From assembly GCA_963718615.1 (NCBI GenBank), contig OY970368.1:5504001-5568000 (forward strand): a stretch of 64,000 nt of DNA, given 5' to 3'. The DNA is from an uncultured cyanobacterium. GTDB lineage: Bacteria > Cyanobacteriota > Cyanobacteriia > PCC-9006 > JAAUQQ01. The notes beneath the pieces are model-generated. The model was not told the DNA's origin and ran no database searches. It saw only the letters and a program-made list of their open reading frames with translations. A program made the position numbers and the translations under genes. This document shows positions 40,368 to 52,580 of the stretch, piece by piece (position 1 is the first letter of the stretch; each line of letters starts with the position of its first letter).

Positions 40368-41129
40368 CCAAGCAGTCCAGAGGAAGCTTCGCAGCCAGCG
40401 ATGCCGTTTGTCGGGGGCGATCGCATAATCAAAGGCCCCTGTACTTCGGTCAATAGTCGCCAAATGAGAATTACAAGCACAGCCATGTTGATAGGTAAAT
40501 CCCTGTTGGGAAGCGATGCTTTGCACTTTCATCTGGATGGCAAAGACTTTGCAGGCATGAAGGATAGCATCCCAGGAGCGCTTATGGTCTTGATCGCGGG
40601 GATCGTAGCGAAGGGCGCGTTCTTCAAAGATATGATCGCGATTGAGAGGGGCCAAATGTACCTCATAAAAGCTGGCGGGAAGGTCGTAGCCAAATTCGGC
40701 GAACAGCTCAAGGGAAATTTGGGCAACCTTGGCGGCATTACTTTCAGGCCCGTATTGGGTTTGGGCTTGAGTGAGAATTTCCTGGAAATTGGGGTACCGT
40801 TCGATCAGAAAGTCTTCACCATAAAAGGCTAGGGTTTCCCAGGCCAATGGCCCCAGGAGTTGTCCAAACATTGACTGGTAGCGCTTGAGGTGTGGACGCT
40901 CTTGGAAGAGATCAACGTCTCCGTTCTCGAATTTATAGAGAAAGAGCTGGGCCAGATGTACATAGGCTTGGCGGTTGCTTGACGAACTTCCGCAGGCGTC
41001 ATCTATACCTATTGGAGCTTGACCCTGGGCAATGGCCTGCCAAATGGGAGGAAGTTGCGTGAGAGGAGTCGCGTTCTCACCGGAGATCAGGCAGGGGGCT
41101 GTGAGGCTTGGGGCGAGATTAAGATGCAT
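40317..41129 (-). CDS. Hypothetical protein (270 aa) with HGCxCxSH motif
   Basis: Long ORF with natural composition; synonymous-only divergence of its duplicated tail supports coding status. Confidence 0.85.
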   Translation of the reverse strand: MHLNLAPSLTAPCLISGENATPLTQLPPIWQAIAQGQAPIGIDDACGSSSSNRQAYVHLAQLFLYKFENGDVDLFQERPHLKRYQSMFGQLLGPLAWETLAFYGEDFLIERYPNFQEILTQAQTQYGPESNAAKVAQISLELFAEFGYDLPASFYEVHLAPLNRDHIFEERALRYDPRDQDHKRSWDAILHACKVFAIQMKVQSIASQQGFTYQHGCACNSHLATIDRSTGAFDYAIAPDKRHRWLRSFLWTAWYEYTLFMLIPNTAYLT

Positions 41130-41499
41130 AGCTAGAGAACCTTTCAAATCCGAATCAATAAGAAATCTTAGGAGCGATCGCTCCTAAGCTATTGTCACTG
41201 TAGAATAATTTCACATCCTAGACCCATCTCTAGATAAATATTTTAATAATGAGTTGTATATTCGTGGCCTTATAAGATTAGAGTTTGATTATATAAATTT
41301 GATCGTGTAAAAAAGAGAGCAACTTGATCTGGCAACGTTTAATTCTAGTCCTCTCAAGCTTTGTGAATTGCCTTGGGTAGGCAAAGCAACGTTTTCCCCT
41401 AACACTTCTATCTAACACTTCTAGGGGAATACAGAGATACGGGAAATACAGAGATACAATAATCGCGTATTCAAAGTAGAACCATGGGAGGCTATCCGT

Positions 41500-44217
41500 T
41501 TGGCTCACTTTCAACCCAATTCCTACCATGTCCTATCCGAGCAGGACCTGCGAGCGCATTTTGCAAGTCGTGCAGATCAGGGATTAACACCGGAGGAAGT
41601 TGCAAAGCGCTACGAGCAGTATGGCTGGAATGAGTTGCAATTTAAACCGGGTAACCCTGCGTGGTTAAGGTTCCTCCTGCAATTTCATCAGCCCCTGCTT
41701 TATATTTTGCTCCTGGCTGGAACCATTAAGGCCTTTCTTGGATCTTGGACGAATGCCTGGGTGATTTGGGGCGTGACACTGATTAATGCCATCATTGGTT
41801 ATGTTCAGGAAGCCCAGGCAGAAGGGGCGATCGCCTCTTTGGCAAAGGCCGTTACGACCGAAACTACCGTTCTACGAGAAGGGCAACCCCTCAGAATTCC
41901 ATCGCGGGATCTGGTACCGGGAGATTTAGTAATGCTGACCTCTGGAGATAAAGTCCCGGCGGATTTACGATTGCTACGAGTCCGCAATCTCCAGGTCGAT
42001 GAATCAGCCTTGACAGGGGAATCGGTGCCGGTGGAAAAATCTGTTCAGGTTCTTCCTGCGGAGACTCCCCTGGCTGAGCGATACAACATGGCTTATGCCG
42101 GCAGTTTTGTGACCTTCGGGCAGGGGCAGGGGATCGTTGTTGCGACAGCAAATGCTACGGAAATGGGACAGATTTCCCAATCGATGGAAAGTCGTATCAG
42201 TCTCAGTACACCCCTGACCCGCAAGTTTGAGAAGTTTAGTCGTACCCTCCTCTATGGAATTTTGGTCTTGGCGACCTTTACGTTTGCCGTGGGCATCGGT
42301 CGGGGGGGGACCTGGATGGAGATGTTTGAGGCGGCAGTGGCCCTAGCGGTGAGTGCCATCCCCGAAGGCTTGCCGGCTGTGGTGACGATTACACTGGCCA
42401 TTGGGGTAAATCGCATGGCAAAACGCAATGCCATTATTCGCAAATTGCCTGCCGTGGAGGCCCTGGGGAGTGCCACCGTAATTTGTTCCGATAAAACCGG
42501 GACCCTCACGGAAAACCAGATGACGGTTCAGGCCATTCGTGCGGGCAGGCAACATTACGTTGTTAGTGGTGGCGGGTATAGCCCGAGGGGAGAGATTACG
42601 GCGAAGGGGGACGGGGATGCCTGTGTTTTAGAGGGCAAAGATTTACCCCCTGCCCTGGCGGCCTGTTTGATCGCTGGTCTGCTTTGCAATGACTCTCAGC
42701 TTCAGCAAAATGGCCAGGACTGGACCGTCGTGGGAGATCCGACGGAGGGAGCTCTGATCACTGTGGCAGAAAAGGCTGGGCTGAGCCAAGCGGGACTGGT
42801 GAATGCTCAGCCCCGGCTCGATTCGATTCCCTTTGAATCGGACTACCAGTATATGGCGACGCTCCACGATGCAGAACCTCGCATGATGTATGTGAAGGGG
42901 TCAGTGGAAGCTTTGCTGTGTCGGTGTACCCAGATGCTGGATGACCAGGGACAGGCGATCGCCCTTGATGCGGCTCAGATCCAGCAGGAAGTGCATACCC
43001 TGGCGGGTCAAGGGCTAAGGGTCTTGGCCTTTGCCCAAAAGATTACCCCCTCCCATCGCCATACCCTCGACCACGAAGACTTGGCCATGGATTTAGTGTT
43101 TCTGGGTATCCAGGGCATGATCGATCCCCCTCGTCCTGAGGCGATCGCAGCGGTTCATGCCTGTCAGTCTGCCGGAATTCAGGTCAAGATGATTACGGGG
43201 GATCACATTGCCACCGCACGGGCGATCGCCCAGCGCATGGGCATTCAAACCCCAGCAGGTGTGATTGCTTTTGAAGGACAGCAACTGGCCCAAATGAGCG
43301 AGTCGGAGCTACGGAATGTGGCCGCCGAGGGGTCTGTCTTTGCAAGAGTTGCGCCTGCACAAAAGCTGCAACTGGTGGAAGCGCTCCAGGCCCAGGGGAA
43401 TATCGTCGCCATGACGGGGGATGGGGTCAACGATGCTCCGGCCCTCAAGCAAGCGGATATTGGCATTGCTATGGGCAAAGGGGGCACGGAGGTAGCCCGT
43501 GAATCCGCTGCGATGTTGTTGATGGATGATAATTTTGCATCCATCGAGGCGGCGGTGGAAGAAGGTCGGACGGTTTATCAGAATTTGCGGAAGGCGATCG
43601 CGTTTTTATTGCCTGTTAATGGCGGGGAATCCATGACGATTTTGATCAGTGCCCTATTGGCTCGGGATCTGCCGATTTTATCCTTGCAAGTCCTCTGGCT
43701 CAATATGATTAACTCCATTACGATGACGGTTCCCCTTGCCTTTGAACCTAAATCTCAGGGGTTGATGCAACAGCCTCCCCGTGACCCCAATGAACCTTTG
43801 CTGAACCCAAAATTGTTTCGTCGTATTTTGGTGGTATCGGTGTTCAATTGGATTTTGATTTTTGGACTGTTTGAATGGGTGAAGTTAACCACTGGGGACA
43901 TTACCGTGGCACGGACGATGGCAATTCAAGCTCTCGTTGCAGCACGAATTGTTTATTTGATTAGTATTAGTCAGCTAGGAGCGAATCTTGGGCATTATTT
44001 GCGCGGTCGAATGAGGGCGATCGCATCGGCTCCAATGTTGCTGATCGGCATTGCCGCTGCTGTCCTTTTGCAGGTCCTGTTCAGCCAATGGGGGGTCATG
44101 AATACGCTGTTTGCAACAGCGCCCCTGACCTGGCAGCAGGGACTGATTTGTCTAATTCCGATGTTGCCGATGATTCCCACCGCCCTCTGGGCCAATCGGC
44201 TTGATTCTCCCCGATAA
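41500..44217 (+). CDS. Cation-transporting P-type ATPase (type II, Ca2+/cation)
   Basis: TGES, PEGLP, DKTGTLT, KGS.E, MITGD, TGDGVNDAPAL. Confidence 0.95.
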   Translation: MAHFQPNSYHVLSEQDLRAHFASRADQGLTPEEVAKRYEQYGWNELQFKPGNPAWLRFLLQFHQPLLYILLLAGTIKAFLGSWTNAWVIWGVTLINAIIGYVQEAQAEGAIASLAKAVTTETTVLREGQPLRIPSRDLVPGDLVMLTSGDKVPADLRLLRVRNLQVDESALTGESVPVEKSVQVLPAETPLAERYNMAYAGSFVTFGQGQGIVVATANATEMGQISQSMESRISLSTPLTRKFEKFSRTLLYGILVLATFTFAVGIGRGGTWMEMFEAAVALAVSAIPEGLPAVVTITLAIGVNRMAKRNAIIRKLPAVEALGSATVICSDKTGTLTENQMTVQAIRAGRQHYVVSGGGYSPRGEITAKGDGDACVLEGKDLPPALAACLIAGLLCNDSQLQQNGQDWTVVGDPTEGALITVAEKAGLSQAGLVNAQPRLDSIPFESDYQYMATLHDAEPRMMYVKGSVEALLCRCTQMLDDQGQAIALDAAQIQQEVHTLAGQGLRVLAFAQKITPSHRHTLDHEDLAMDLVFLGIQGMIDPPRPEAIAAVHACQSAGIQVKMITGDHIATARAIAQRMGIQTPAGVIAFEGQQLAQMSESELRNVAAEGSVFARVAPAQKLQLVEALQAQGNIVAMTGDGVNDAPALKQADIGIAMGKGGTEVARESAAMLLMDDNFASIEAAVEEGRTVYQNLRKAIAFLLPVNGGESMTILISALLARDLPILSLQVLWLNMINSITMTVPLAFEPKSQGLMQQPPRDPNEPLLNPKLFRRILVVSVFNWILIFGLFEWVKLTTGDITVARTMAIQALVAARIVYLISISQLGANLGHYLRGRMRAIASAPMLLIGIAAAVLLQVLFSQWGVMNTLFATAPLTWQQGLICLIPMLPMIPTALWANRLDSPR

Positions 44218-44321
44218 CTCTCCCCAGTCCTCCCGATCCTAATCACCCGTTACACAGTCAATCACCACATCGTCGAAAGCGGTTCAGGTTGTACTGCAAC
44301 CTGATGGCTTCCCAATTCAAG

Positions 44322-45044
44322 CTACCCAAACCCTTTCCTCGCACCATACCGAACTTCCCTAAACTCAACGCGATCGCTCCCTGGCTCATACAACACATAG
44401 CTCGCCTCCCCCGGCACCCGCCCCACAGACCCTACCCCAATCACCTTATGCACCGTCGGCTGATCCACCTGCCGGCAGTCCTCTCCATCCAAAGTTTGTA
44501 GCCGCTGCACCAACTGACCCGACCCAATCTCACAACAAAACGACAAACCCGATCGCCCACAAAATAACCGATTCGCCTGTACCCGTTGCAGCCGATCCAA
44601 CATCACCAACGGCGAAGTCTCCGGGGTTAGCGCCTCCTCAACCCCCGACGGACTGCCATGGATCATCAAACAATCCAACTCCATCATACCGAACTCCAGC
44701 CCCGACAACCAAGGCAACAGTTCCCGAGGAACCGCCTCCCAGAGTTGTGTAATCATCTCATTGCCATAGCGTTTTACCAGCTCCGTCGGCTCCTCACTAC
44801 GACCCAGAGCATAGAGAATAAGTGCCTGCTCCTCCCACCAACCCTGACAAACCTCCGGCGTCGCTTCACCGGTGCGGGGTGACTGCAACCGCTGGACGAG
44901 TTGGACATTGTGCGGCGTGGGTCCGATCACATCTCCCAAGACAAACAGTTGCTCAATCGACTGTTTTTGACGCTTGAGATCACTCAAAACCGCCTCATAG
45001 GCTGCCAAATTGCCCTCAATTCCACTCAAAATTGCCCAAGCCAT
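44322..45044 (-). CDS. Degenerate metallophosphoesterase-fold protein
   Basis: SGIEGN, LGDVIG, GWWEE, HGSP, CGRSG, GSVG. Confidence 0.85.
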   Translation of the reverse strand: MAWAILSGIEGNLAAYEAVLSDLKRQKQSIEQLFVLGDVIGPTPHNVQLVQRLQSPRTGEATPEVCQGWWEEQALILYALGRSEEPTELVKRYGNEMITQLWEAVPRELLPWLSGLEFGMMELDCLMIHGSPSGVEEALTPETSPLVMLDRLQRVQANRLFCGRSGLSFCCEIGSGQLVQRLQTLDGEDCRQVDQPTVHKVIGVGSVGRVPGEASYVLYEPGSDRVEFREVRYGARKGFG

Positions 45045-45076
45045 GCCGTTTCCTCCGTCTTCATTGACCCTTCCTC

Positions 45077-45895
45077 CTAACGTTCGCACACATGGGTCGG
45101 GTCGTCCGCCCGCTCTGCAAATTCCAACCCCTGGGCCAAGCGCCAAGCAAAGATTGGTGGCAACCCCTTTTCGAGAATTGCAGCACAGGTTTTACGATAG
45201 TCGTACTCTACCTCACGCAGGGTGGTTTGCTCGCTATCCGTGTCGTAGAGGACATAGGTGGCATTGGGTCTGCCGTGGCGAGGTTCGCCGACGGAACCGG
45301 CATTGATGATGCGCCTGATCGGAAAGTGGATGGGTTGAGCCACGATCTCGCCACTGTCTTGGGGCCGTTGGACTCGCATCTGAAGTTGGCTATCGCACAA
45401 CTCCCGCACGTAGGGCACATGGGTATGGCCACAAAACAGTACATCGCAGCCCAATCCCATGACTCGTTCCAGAGCGGTAAAGGCATCCATCTCAGGCAAC
45501 AAATACTCGTGTTGGCTGTTGGGGCTGCCGTGGACAAAGGCGAGGTTGTTCTGTTTGTGGGTGAGAGGAAGTTGGGCAAGGAATGCTCGGACTTCGGGAT
45601 TGATGACTTGGTCAGTCCACTGGTGAGCAGCTTTGCCGCGTTTTTCGGCCAAGAGTGAAGGGTAACTGCATTCACAGGCATTCAAGCCATCAACAATGTC
45701 CTCATCCCAACACCCTTGGACGGTGGGAATATCGAGAGAGCGAATCAGCTCAACAACTGCATTGGGATCAGGACCATAGCCAACCAGATCACCGAGGCAG
45801 ACAACTTGGTCGGCGTGATGTTGGTCAATGTCGCTGAGGACGGCATTGAGAGCTTCGTAGTTGCCGTGAATACAGGAGATGATAGCGAATTTCAT
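45077..45895 (-). CDS. Metallophosphoesterase with Cys-substituted motifs
   Basis: SCIHGN, LGDLVGYG, GCWD, HGSP, CGHTH, NAGSVGEPR. Confidence 0.9.
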   Translation of the reverse strand: MKFAIISCIHGNYEALNAVLSDIDQHHADQVVCLGDLVGYGPDPNAVVELIRSLDIPTVQGCWDEDIVDGLNACECSYPSLLAEKRGKAAHQWTDQVINPEVRAFLAQLPLTHKQNNLAFVHGSPNSQHEYLLPEMDAFTALERVMGLGCDVLFCGHTHVPYVRELCDSQLQMRVQRPQDSGEIVAQPIHFPIRRIINAGSVGEPRHGRPNATYVLYDTDSEQTTLREVEYDYRKTCAAILEKGLPPIFAWRLAQGLEFAERADDPTHVCER

Positions 45896-45914
45896 GGGAT
45901 CAAGACAAATAGGA

Positions 45915-46703
45915 CTAGGAGGCGATCGCCTGCAATTGAGCCTGATGTTGCTGAAGCAAACCATCGCTCAGGAGGCAGTCTTTCAGCGTGGCAAGGATGG
46001 CTTCGCCGTTGAGCTCATGGCCAGTGGCTTCAAGGGCACTGGGTAGCTGGGGACGGCCTTGGAGACAGGGTTCGACTTGCAACCGAGTGTAGGTACTCTG
46101 GGTTCCAGCAACGAAACTGAAGTAAAAGGCGGGACCATCCGCAAGACAAAACCCCCCTTTGGCTCGGTGAACCGTGCCAAAGGCCCCGCCTGTGAGTTCC
46201 TGCCAAAAAACATCCAAACTCGGGGGATCGAAAACTTGGCCCGTTAATTCGACAGCGCAGATTTGGGGCTCGGTGGCAAAGGGAGTCCGAGGGAATGGAA
46301 CAGGAGAAGGAAGTAGGCGATCGCTCCAAGCCTCCAAGTCTTTGCTTTGCCACCCTTCGGGCAACAGGCCAAGGGTCTCAAGGTCAACCCCGGCAGGGAA
46401 TTGGAGCTGAGCCAAATCGACACTGTTATCGATTTCAACATAAAGGGTGCGGTTTTGTGCCAGGGCGGCGGCAAGGGCAGAATCTCCTGGGGTCAAAATT
46501 TCTAAATTGGGGCATCGGGAGGCCAAAAACAAGGCATCTAGAGAGACTCCGGCTCCCCCCAGGGGCCAGTACAGAGCTGGCTCACTGACGCCTCTATCCC
46601 CTGAGGCGATGGCCTGCTGGGCAATCCAGGTGGTTTTGCCACTACCGGGAGGGCCTGCGATCGCAATAACGACAGCCCTATCCCGCCTGATTTCTCTGCT
46701 CAT
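45915..46703 (-). CDS. Divergent COG0523-like P-loop protein with CobW_C-like domain
   Basis: GPPGSGKTT; C-terminal FG.VHRAKG; lacks CxCC. Confidence 0.75.
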   Translation of the reverse strand: MSREIRRDRAVVIAIAGPPGSGKTTWIAQQAIASGDRGVSEPALYWPLGGAGVSLDALFLASRCPNLEILTPGDSALAAALAQNRTLYVEIDNSVDLAQLQFPAGVDLETLGLLPEGWQSKDLEAWSDRLLPSPVPFPRTPFATEPQICAVELTGQVFDPPSLDVFWQELTGGAFGTVHRAKGGFCLADGPAFYFSFVAGTQSTYTRLQVEPCLQGRPQLPSALEATGHELNGEAILATLKDCLLSDGLLQQHQAQLQAIAS

Positions 46704-46734
46704 CTTTTATCTCAGCAACATCTGCCATTAATAA

Positions 46735-46749
46735 TGATAATCGTTATCA
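46735..46749. promoter_or_regulatory. Zur box between divergent genes
   Basis: TGATAAT-C-GTTATCA, preceded by an extra TAATAA hexamer. Confidence 0.85.
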
Positions 46750-46792
46750 TTCTTGGTGTATAGTTTTTCTGGCGCTTTGCTGGCTTTGCTTT

Positions 46793-47287
46793 ATGACACT
46801 CGCTGCCCCTGCTACCCTGGACCTTGCGATTATCGGGGCTGGCCCCCATGCCTTAACGCTGGCGACCCATCTGTTGCAGAAGTTGATGGTACAAGCGGGA
46901 CGACTCCCCTTTCACTTAAGCACCGCCTCAGGGACCATTCGAGCTCGGCGAGTGATTATTGCCACTGGGGCAGGAAAACCAAAGTGGCCAGATTGGGCAG
47001 TGCGGACACAACTAGAATATCTGCTACAAGGTCATTCTCCGTCTGTTTCTCTCGCTCATTCCAGTCAAGTTGATCTGAGACAAACCCCAATCGTCAAGGG
47101 TTTACCCGTGTTAGATCAACATCTGCGTTGGCCCAACTTAGAGCTATTTTTAACGGGGGGACTTGCTGCTTTACAGTTAGGTCCTGTAGCCAGGAATTTA
47201 CACGGGGCAAGGATGGCCGCAGAGCGAATTGTTCCTGCGATCGCAAAACCCAGTTTAGCCCTAGGACAAACCTCTCTTTCACGATGA
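46793..47287 (+). pseudogene. Internally deleted FAD/NAD(P)-dependent oxidoreductase remnant
   Basis: 164 aa: N-terminal IIGAGPHAL, middle ARRVIIATG..PDW, C-terminal GLPVLD..LRW..GGLAALQLGPVARNL.GA; second Rossmann motif absent. Confidence 0.7.
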
Positions 47288-47341
47288 GTGACTGTTGCAG
47301 ATTAATTTTATTGTTAGCGCCTTGTTAGCTACGCTGATCGC

Positions 47342-49669
<2,328 letters not shown>

Positions 49670-49772
49670 CTAACTTTCTAGGCCACTGGGTGTTGCTATT
49701 GTAGGGAGAAGTGACTGGGGCGATCGTATCCTTGCGGACAGCGGCGATCGCCCCTCCCTGAACTCTACTGGT

Positions 49773-50915
49773 CTATCCTTGCGCAACCAAGGTTTGGCAT
49801 TGAACGTCGACCGGAGCCAAGGTTGACACCATTGCGCCCAGGAGTTGCGCGGGTGAAACGGCGAAGGGGAGGTGGTGAATATCTGACTCGGGTTTACAGG
49901 CGATTTCTGCGGCCCGTTGTAGATCCGCCAAGGTTGCTTGGGCAAGACCCAGTTCTGGGAGCGATCGCGGCAAACCAATCTCTTCATAAAACTTGAGCAG
50001 CTGTTGCCGCGCCGTTGCCGCCAGTTTGTTTCCCTGAACCATTTCTTCTAAGCGCAACTGCACCAAAATGCCATAGGCAACTTTTTCCCCATGGAGCCTG
50101 TCGTGGCAAGCCAGCAAATGGGTCAAACCATTGTGAACTGCATGGGCCGCAACGGTGCGACATTGGGCACCCCCCAGCCCCCCGATCACCCCAGCCAGTA
50201 AAACCGATGCATCCACAACCTCATGCCAAGCTTCGCCACCGGGCTCCGCTAGGGCCTCGGCAGATTTTTGGAAGAGCAGATCCCGCAGGACCCGTGCCTG
50301 TTGCACCGCCGCCACAATCAGCGTTTGGGTTGAAGCACCGCTGCTGACAGAGGCTTCATACCATTTAGCCAAGGCATCGCCAATCCCGGCCACCAGGGTT
50401 CGCTGAGGGGCGGTTTGGATGACGTCATAATCCAGAATCAGCAGTTCAGGGCAGCGGCTCAGCGGCACATCGTAGAGAAAGGCTCCCGCATCGGAATAGA
50501 CATTGGACAGGGCCGTCCAGGCGGCACAGGTAGCGGCGGAGGTCGGGACCGTTACGATGGGAAGATCGCACTGAAACGCAATCAACTTGGCGGTATCCAG
50601 GGCTTTGCCGCCGCCCAGGCCAATGATCACGTCGGCCTCGTGGGTTGTCACAGCATCCCGCAGCCTCGCTAGGGCATTTTCGCTGCAATCGGTACTGTAG
50701 CTGATGCGGGCGTCGTGGAGTTGGGCAAGGGTTTCGTCGAGCTGGGAGGCCAAGGCCACGAGGGTCTGATCCCCGCCGATTACCAGGGGACGTTGACCGA
50801 GACGGGCGATCGCCCCCCCCATCTGAGACAAAATACCCGCCCCCCGCACAACCTGGGTCGGAGACAGCAGCATCGGGGTCACGGGAAGAGAAGCAGCAAC
50901 AGAAGATTGGAACAT
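49773..50915 (-). CDS. gldA: Glycerol dehydrogenase-like (iron-containing ADH family)
   Basis: GLGGGKALDTAK, PTSAAT, AGIGDALAKWYE, AHAVHNG, HGEKVAYG. Confidence 0.85.
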   Translation of the reverse strand: MFQSSVAASLPVTPMLLSPTQVVRGAGILSQMGGAIARLGQRPLVIGGDQTLVALASQLDETLAQLHDARISYSTDCSENALARLRDAVTTHEADVIIGLGGGKALDTAKLIAFQCDLPIVTVPTSAATCAAWTALSNVYSDAGAFLYDVPLSRCPELLILDYDVIQTAPQRTLVAGIGDALAKWYEASVSSGASTQTLIVAAVQQARVLRDLLFQKSAEALAEPGGEAWHEVVDASVLLAGVIGGLGGAQCRTVAAHAVHNGLTHLLACHDRLHGEKVAYGILVQLRLEEMVQGNKLAATARQQLLKFYEEIGLPRSLPELGLAQATLADLQRAAEIACKPESDIHHLPFAVSPAQLLGAMVSTLAPVDVQCQTLVAQG

Positions 50916-50973
50916 AGAAAGGCTTGCCGTAAATCGAACGCTTGACGGAGTCAAACAGACATCTGCACGATTT

Positions 50974-51519
50974 CTATGCTAACGATAAATGCTCGCTTGG
51001 ACATCGCGGTAAATTGCGGTAAAAGCTAACCGCGTCATAGGTGGATAATTGTAAACCCGTCATTTGCTCGTAGGGTAAGGGGTCCTCGGTATCCAGATGG
51101 AACGCTCCGTCCTCTAGATTGCGCAAGTTGGCCAGCAGATCGAGCATCTGTAGCTGAAATAATTGTTGGACCTGTGGACCCGTGAGAACGCCCTGCTGCT
51201 TAAAATATTGGCCCATCGCCACACCCGGTGGACAGCATTTGGCAATTTGAGCCGTGGTGGTATAGCTGCCCCAGCCTTGGCGTTGGATCAGCCGCAGAAA
51301 TCCGTTGCTTCGACTATTACGGCTGGCTCCAACGAGCGCACCATTCTTGAACCACAGTTGATGGATCTGGAGGGGATGGGAGCCTCCCGATGGGGTGGGC
51401 TGAATTTTGAGCCAACCGGTGAGGCGTAACCGTTCAACCAGGTTGAGGAGTTCAATCCAGGGACATTCGTGGAGGTGACCGGTAATTTGCATGGGAGTCG
51501 GGGGGATGCAAGAGGGCAT
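50974..51519 (-). CDS. Stand-alone PATAN/DUF4388 domain protein
   Basis: ITGHLHE...ELL......LTGWLKI, LWFKNGALVGA, MGQYFKQQGVLT, EDGAFH. Confidence 0.75.
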   Translation of the reverse strand: MPSCIPPTPMQITGHLHECPWIELLNLVERLRLTGWLKIQPTPSGGSHPLQIHQLWFKNGALVGASRNSRSNGFLRLIQRQGWGSYTTTAQIAKCCPPGVAMGQYFKQQGVLTGPQVQQLFQLQMLDLLANLRNLEDGAFHLDTEDPLPYEQMTGLQLSTYDAVSFYRNLPRCPSEHLSLA

Positions 51520-51616
51520 AGATGAGACCGTTGGCTAAGAAGATTCAGGCGTTGGTCCCAAGCATTAATTCGGTTGGATATGGGGAAGTTATGCAGGGCA
51601 GCCCGCCCCATTAGCC

Positions 51617-51649
51617 AAAAAAAAGGGGGTGTCCTAGGACACCCCCTTT
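51617..51649 (-). terminator. Intrinsic terminator downstream of the PEP-CTERM gene
   Basis: Perfect palindrome AAAGGGGGTGTCCTAGGACACCCCCTTT running into an 8-T tract on the minus strand. Confidence 0.85.
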
Positions 51650-51788
51650 GGATTTAAGAAAACTAGGAGACCAAACCGTATCTAGGAGAAAACTTGAAGA
51701 GGCTGGGGGGTCTAGGATAGAGGTCTAGGAATCGTCACCCCCGATTCCTGTATAGACCGATCCTGAGAGTCCCCCAACGATGAGGCAA

Positions 51789-52580
51789 TTAGACTGCTTC
51801 GCCTGCGAGTTGACGACGACGCTTGGAGAGCAGCAGGGCCCCTGCCGACAGACCCAATGCCGCTAGGCTAGCGGGTTCAGGGACTTTCGTCGCGACCACT
51901 TTGTAATCGGGACCGTTGAAGCTGCCCACGCCTTTGTTGAAGCTCGACAACCGTACACCTGCCACATCGGAGGCAAACTTCAGCCCGTAGGAACCGACTT
52001 GCTGCGCTGCCAGAATCTCGGTGGTGTCGATGCTGTAGCCCGCTGCGCCCCAGAGGTCGCGGGTAATTTTGAAGGAATCCCCCACGACATTGCCGCTGGC
52101 ATCTAGCGCTTCCACGAGCAGGTCGCTGTTCATGCCGCGCTCCCAGAAGAAGAAGGAGTTCACGGGCTGGTCGAAGAAGAGATCGAAGACTGATGTTCCG
52201 TTCTTATCCTCAGTGTCAATGATGCTGTTGAGATTGAGGTTGCCCAGGGCGCTGACGATATCATTGGCGTCGGGAATTTCTACAGGGGTGCAGTTTGTGA
52301 CGAGATCACCGCAGTCCTTACTGCCGGGGCCAAGCTGAACACCCGTGAGGGCCGTATTTTGTTGAATCACTGCCGAATGGACTAGGGAGAAATCGTTAAT
52401 GACCGTACCATTCGATTTCTTCACCGAGATCAGGGTGATGTCTGCTTTGGGATCAGGATTGTCAGGGGTGAAGGTGGTGTCGAAGCTATAGCTGGAGAAG
52501 CCTGCGGCTTGGGCGGGCAATGCGCTCAGCATCACGCCAGTAGCCAGAATCGAAACCCCGAGAAGACCTTTGATAGCCAT
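51789..52580 (-). CDS. PEP-CTERM exosortase-dependent surface protein (XDP2-like)
   Basis: Signal peptide ..PAQAA; WERGMNSDL; VPEPASLAALGL...KRRR. Confidence 0.88.
   Translation of the reverse strand: MAIKGLLGVSILATGVMLSALPAQAAGFSSYSFDTTFTPDNPDPKADITLISVKKSNGTVINDFSLVHSAVIQQNTALTGVQLGPGSKDCGDLVTNCTPVEIPDANDIVSALGNLNLNSIIDTEDKNGTSVFDLFFDQPVNSFFFWERGMNSDLLVEALDASGNVVGDSFKITRDLWGAAGYSIDTTEILAAQQVGSYGLKFASDVAGVRLSSFNKGVGSFNGPDYKVVATKVPEPASLAALGLSAGALLLSKRRRQLAGEAV

Noticed and set aside
41195-41260. Possible Zur or Crp site upstream of the P-type ATPase and the unknown gene
   Set aside because: Matches (TAATAATGAGTTGTA; TGTAG-N7-TCACA) are too degenerate for AT-rich DNA
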